Shown here one piece after another: positions 63,234 to 64,000 of a stretch of 64,000 bases of DNA. The stretch lies in NCBI GenBank assembly GCA_038087875.1, contig CM075996.1:1676001-1740000 (forward strand), given 5' to 3'. Made by a program: the position numbers and the translations under genes. Each line of letters opens with the position of its first letter. Within the stretch, counting starts at the first letter, position 1. The notes beneath the pieces were generated by a model that saw only the letters and a program-made list of their open reading frames with translations, searched no databases and had not been told where the DNA came from. The DNA is from Malacoraja senta. Lineage: Eukaryota.

Positions 63234-63900
63234 CCTCTCCGTGCTCCTGTCGCTCTCTAGTGAAGAGCCTCTTGTGTATTCCGAATGCTTCCATCATCTC
63301 CTCGCATCCACACCGATCCTTCGCCCGGCCCAGCGCAGAGTAGGCGGCAGCTCAACCTTGTTGCGAGAGGGGCCGGCACACGGCGCCGAACCATTCCCCT
63401 CTCCCCCCTCCCCCCCCACCGTCCACTCTCCTCCTCCCCGGCCAAGAGGAGGGTTGAGGCAAACAATGAGACGATTCAGGAAGGGAACCCGAGGAATAAA
63501 AACCACTCAATCAACCAGCCAGGCCTCGACTCTCTTCCCGTTCTCGCAGCGTCCAGTTTCCATTTTCCTCCCCAGCTTCTGGAGGCGAGGCAGTGAGCGA
63601 TGGTCTCGCTCTCCCTCCCCAGATCGATGTAGTATATTTGTGTTCAATCTTCACCGGCCTTTCTCCGTCTCTCTTCTCTCTCTCGATTCCTTTTCTCCGG
63701 CTCTCCTCCCCTCCCCTCCCCTGCAACGGGACCCCCTATTCAACGTGGCTGGATCTGCCAGCCCTTTGTTAATGGAATAATCTCTTCTTTGTCGAGTTAT
63801 TAAGATTTCAAGTCACACAGTAGTGCGGGCATTCCACGAACTGCAAGACTGGCTTTTCTTCCTCTGGTCCTGCCGTTTTTTCCATCTATGTCTTTGCTCC
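63234..63900 (-). promoter_or_regulatory. Candidate non-coding first exon / promoter-proximal region of LRRC4B
   Basis: Unique, CpG-containing, repeat-free sequence ending on the minus strand in a consensus donor AGG|GTGAGT (GTGAGT at 63233-63228), with a CT/GA tract upstream. The link to LRRC4B is inference. Confidence 0.4.
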
Positions 63901-64000
63901 CCTCTCTCTCTCCCCCTCTCTCTCTCCCTCCTCTCTCTCTCCCCCCTCCCTCTCTCTCTCCCCCCTCTCTCTCTCACCCCCCTCTCTCTCGCTCTCCCTC

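Overview
Vertebrate genomic DNA, very probably from a cartilaginous fish (skate/ray-like, inferred from HE1-type V-SINEs and HER1/CR1 LINEs). There is one host gene: an intronless-CDS LRRC4B/NGL-3 orthologue on the minus strand (16693-18681). It has a splice acceptor at 18732, a probable long repeat-poor 3' UTR (~13100-16692) and a candidate non-coding first exon near 63234-63900, implying a ~44.5 kb intron. The rest is dense nested repeats: CR1, L2, L1, Rex1/Babar, RTE-derived elements, V-SINEs, Penelope-like relics, PIF/Harbinger-type MITEs and a probable Helitron, plus a 200-N gap. The most interesting signals are RNA structures in mobile elements. (1) A ~140-150 bp SINE-like element (two copies, each with a target-site duplication and a (GAA)n tail) whose 5' third folds as a minimal HDV/CPEB3-like self-cleaving ribozyme starting at or within 3 nt of the element's 5' end. 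(2) Many minimal hammerhead cores in Penelope-derived repeats. (3) An L1 with a twin-priming-type 5' inversion. (4) A stop-start uORF arrangement at the LRRC4B start. All folds and family calls were made by eye and need computational or experimental confirmation. Repeat boundaries are approximate, and only representative repeat copies are listed.
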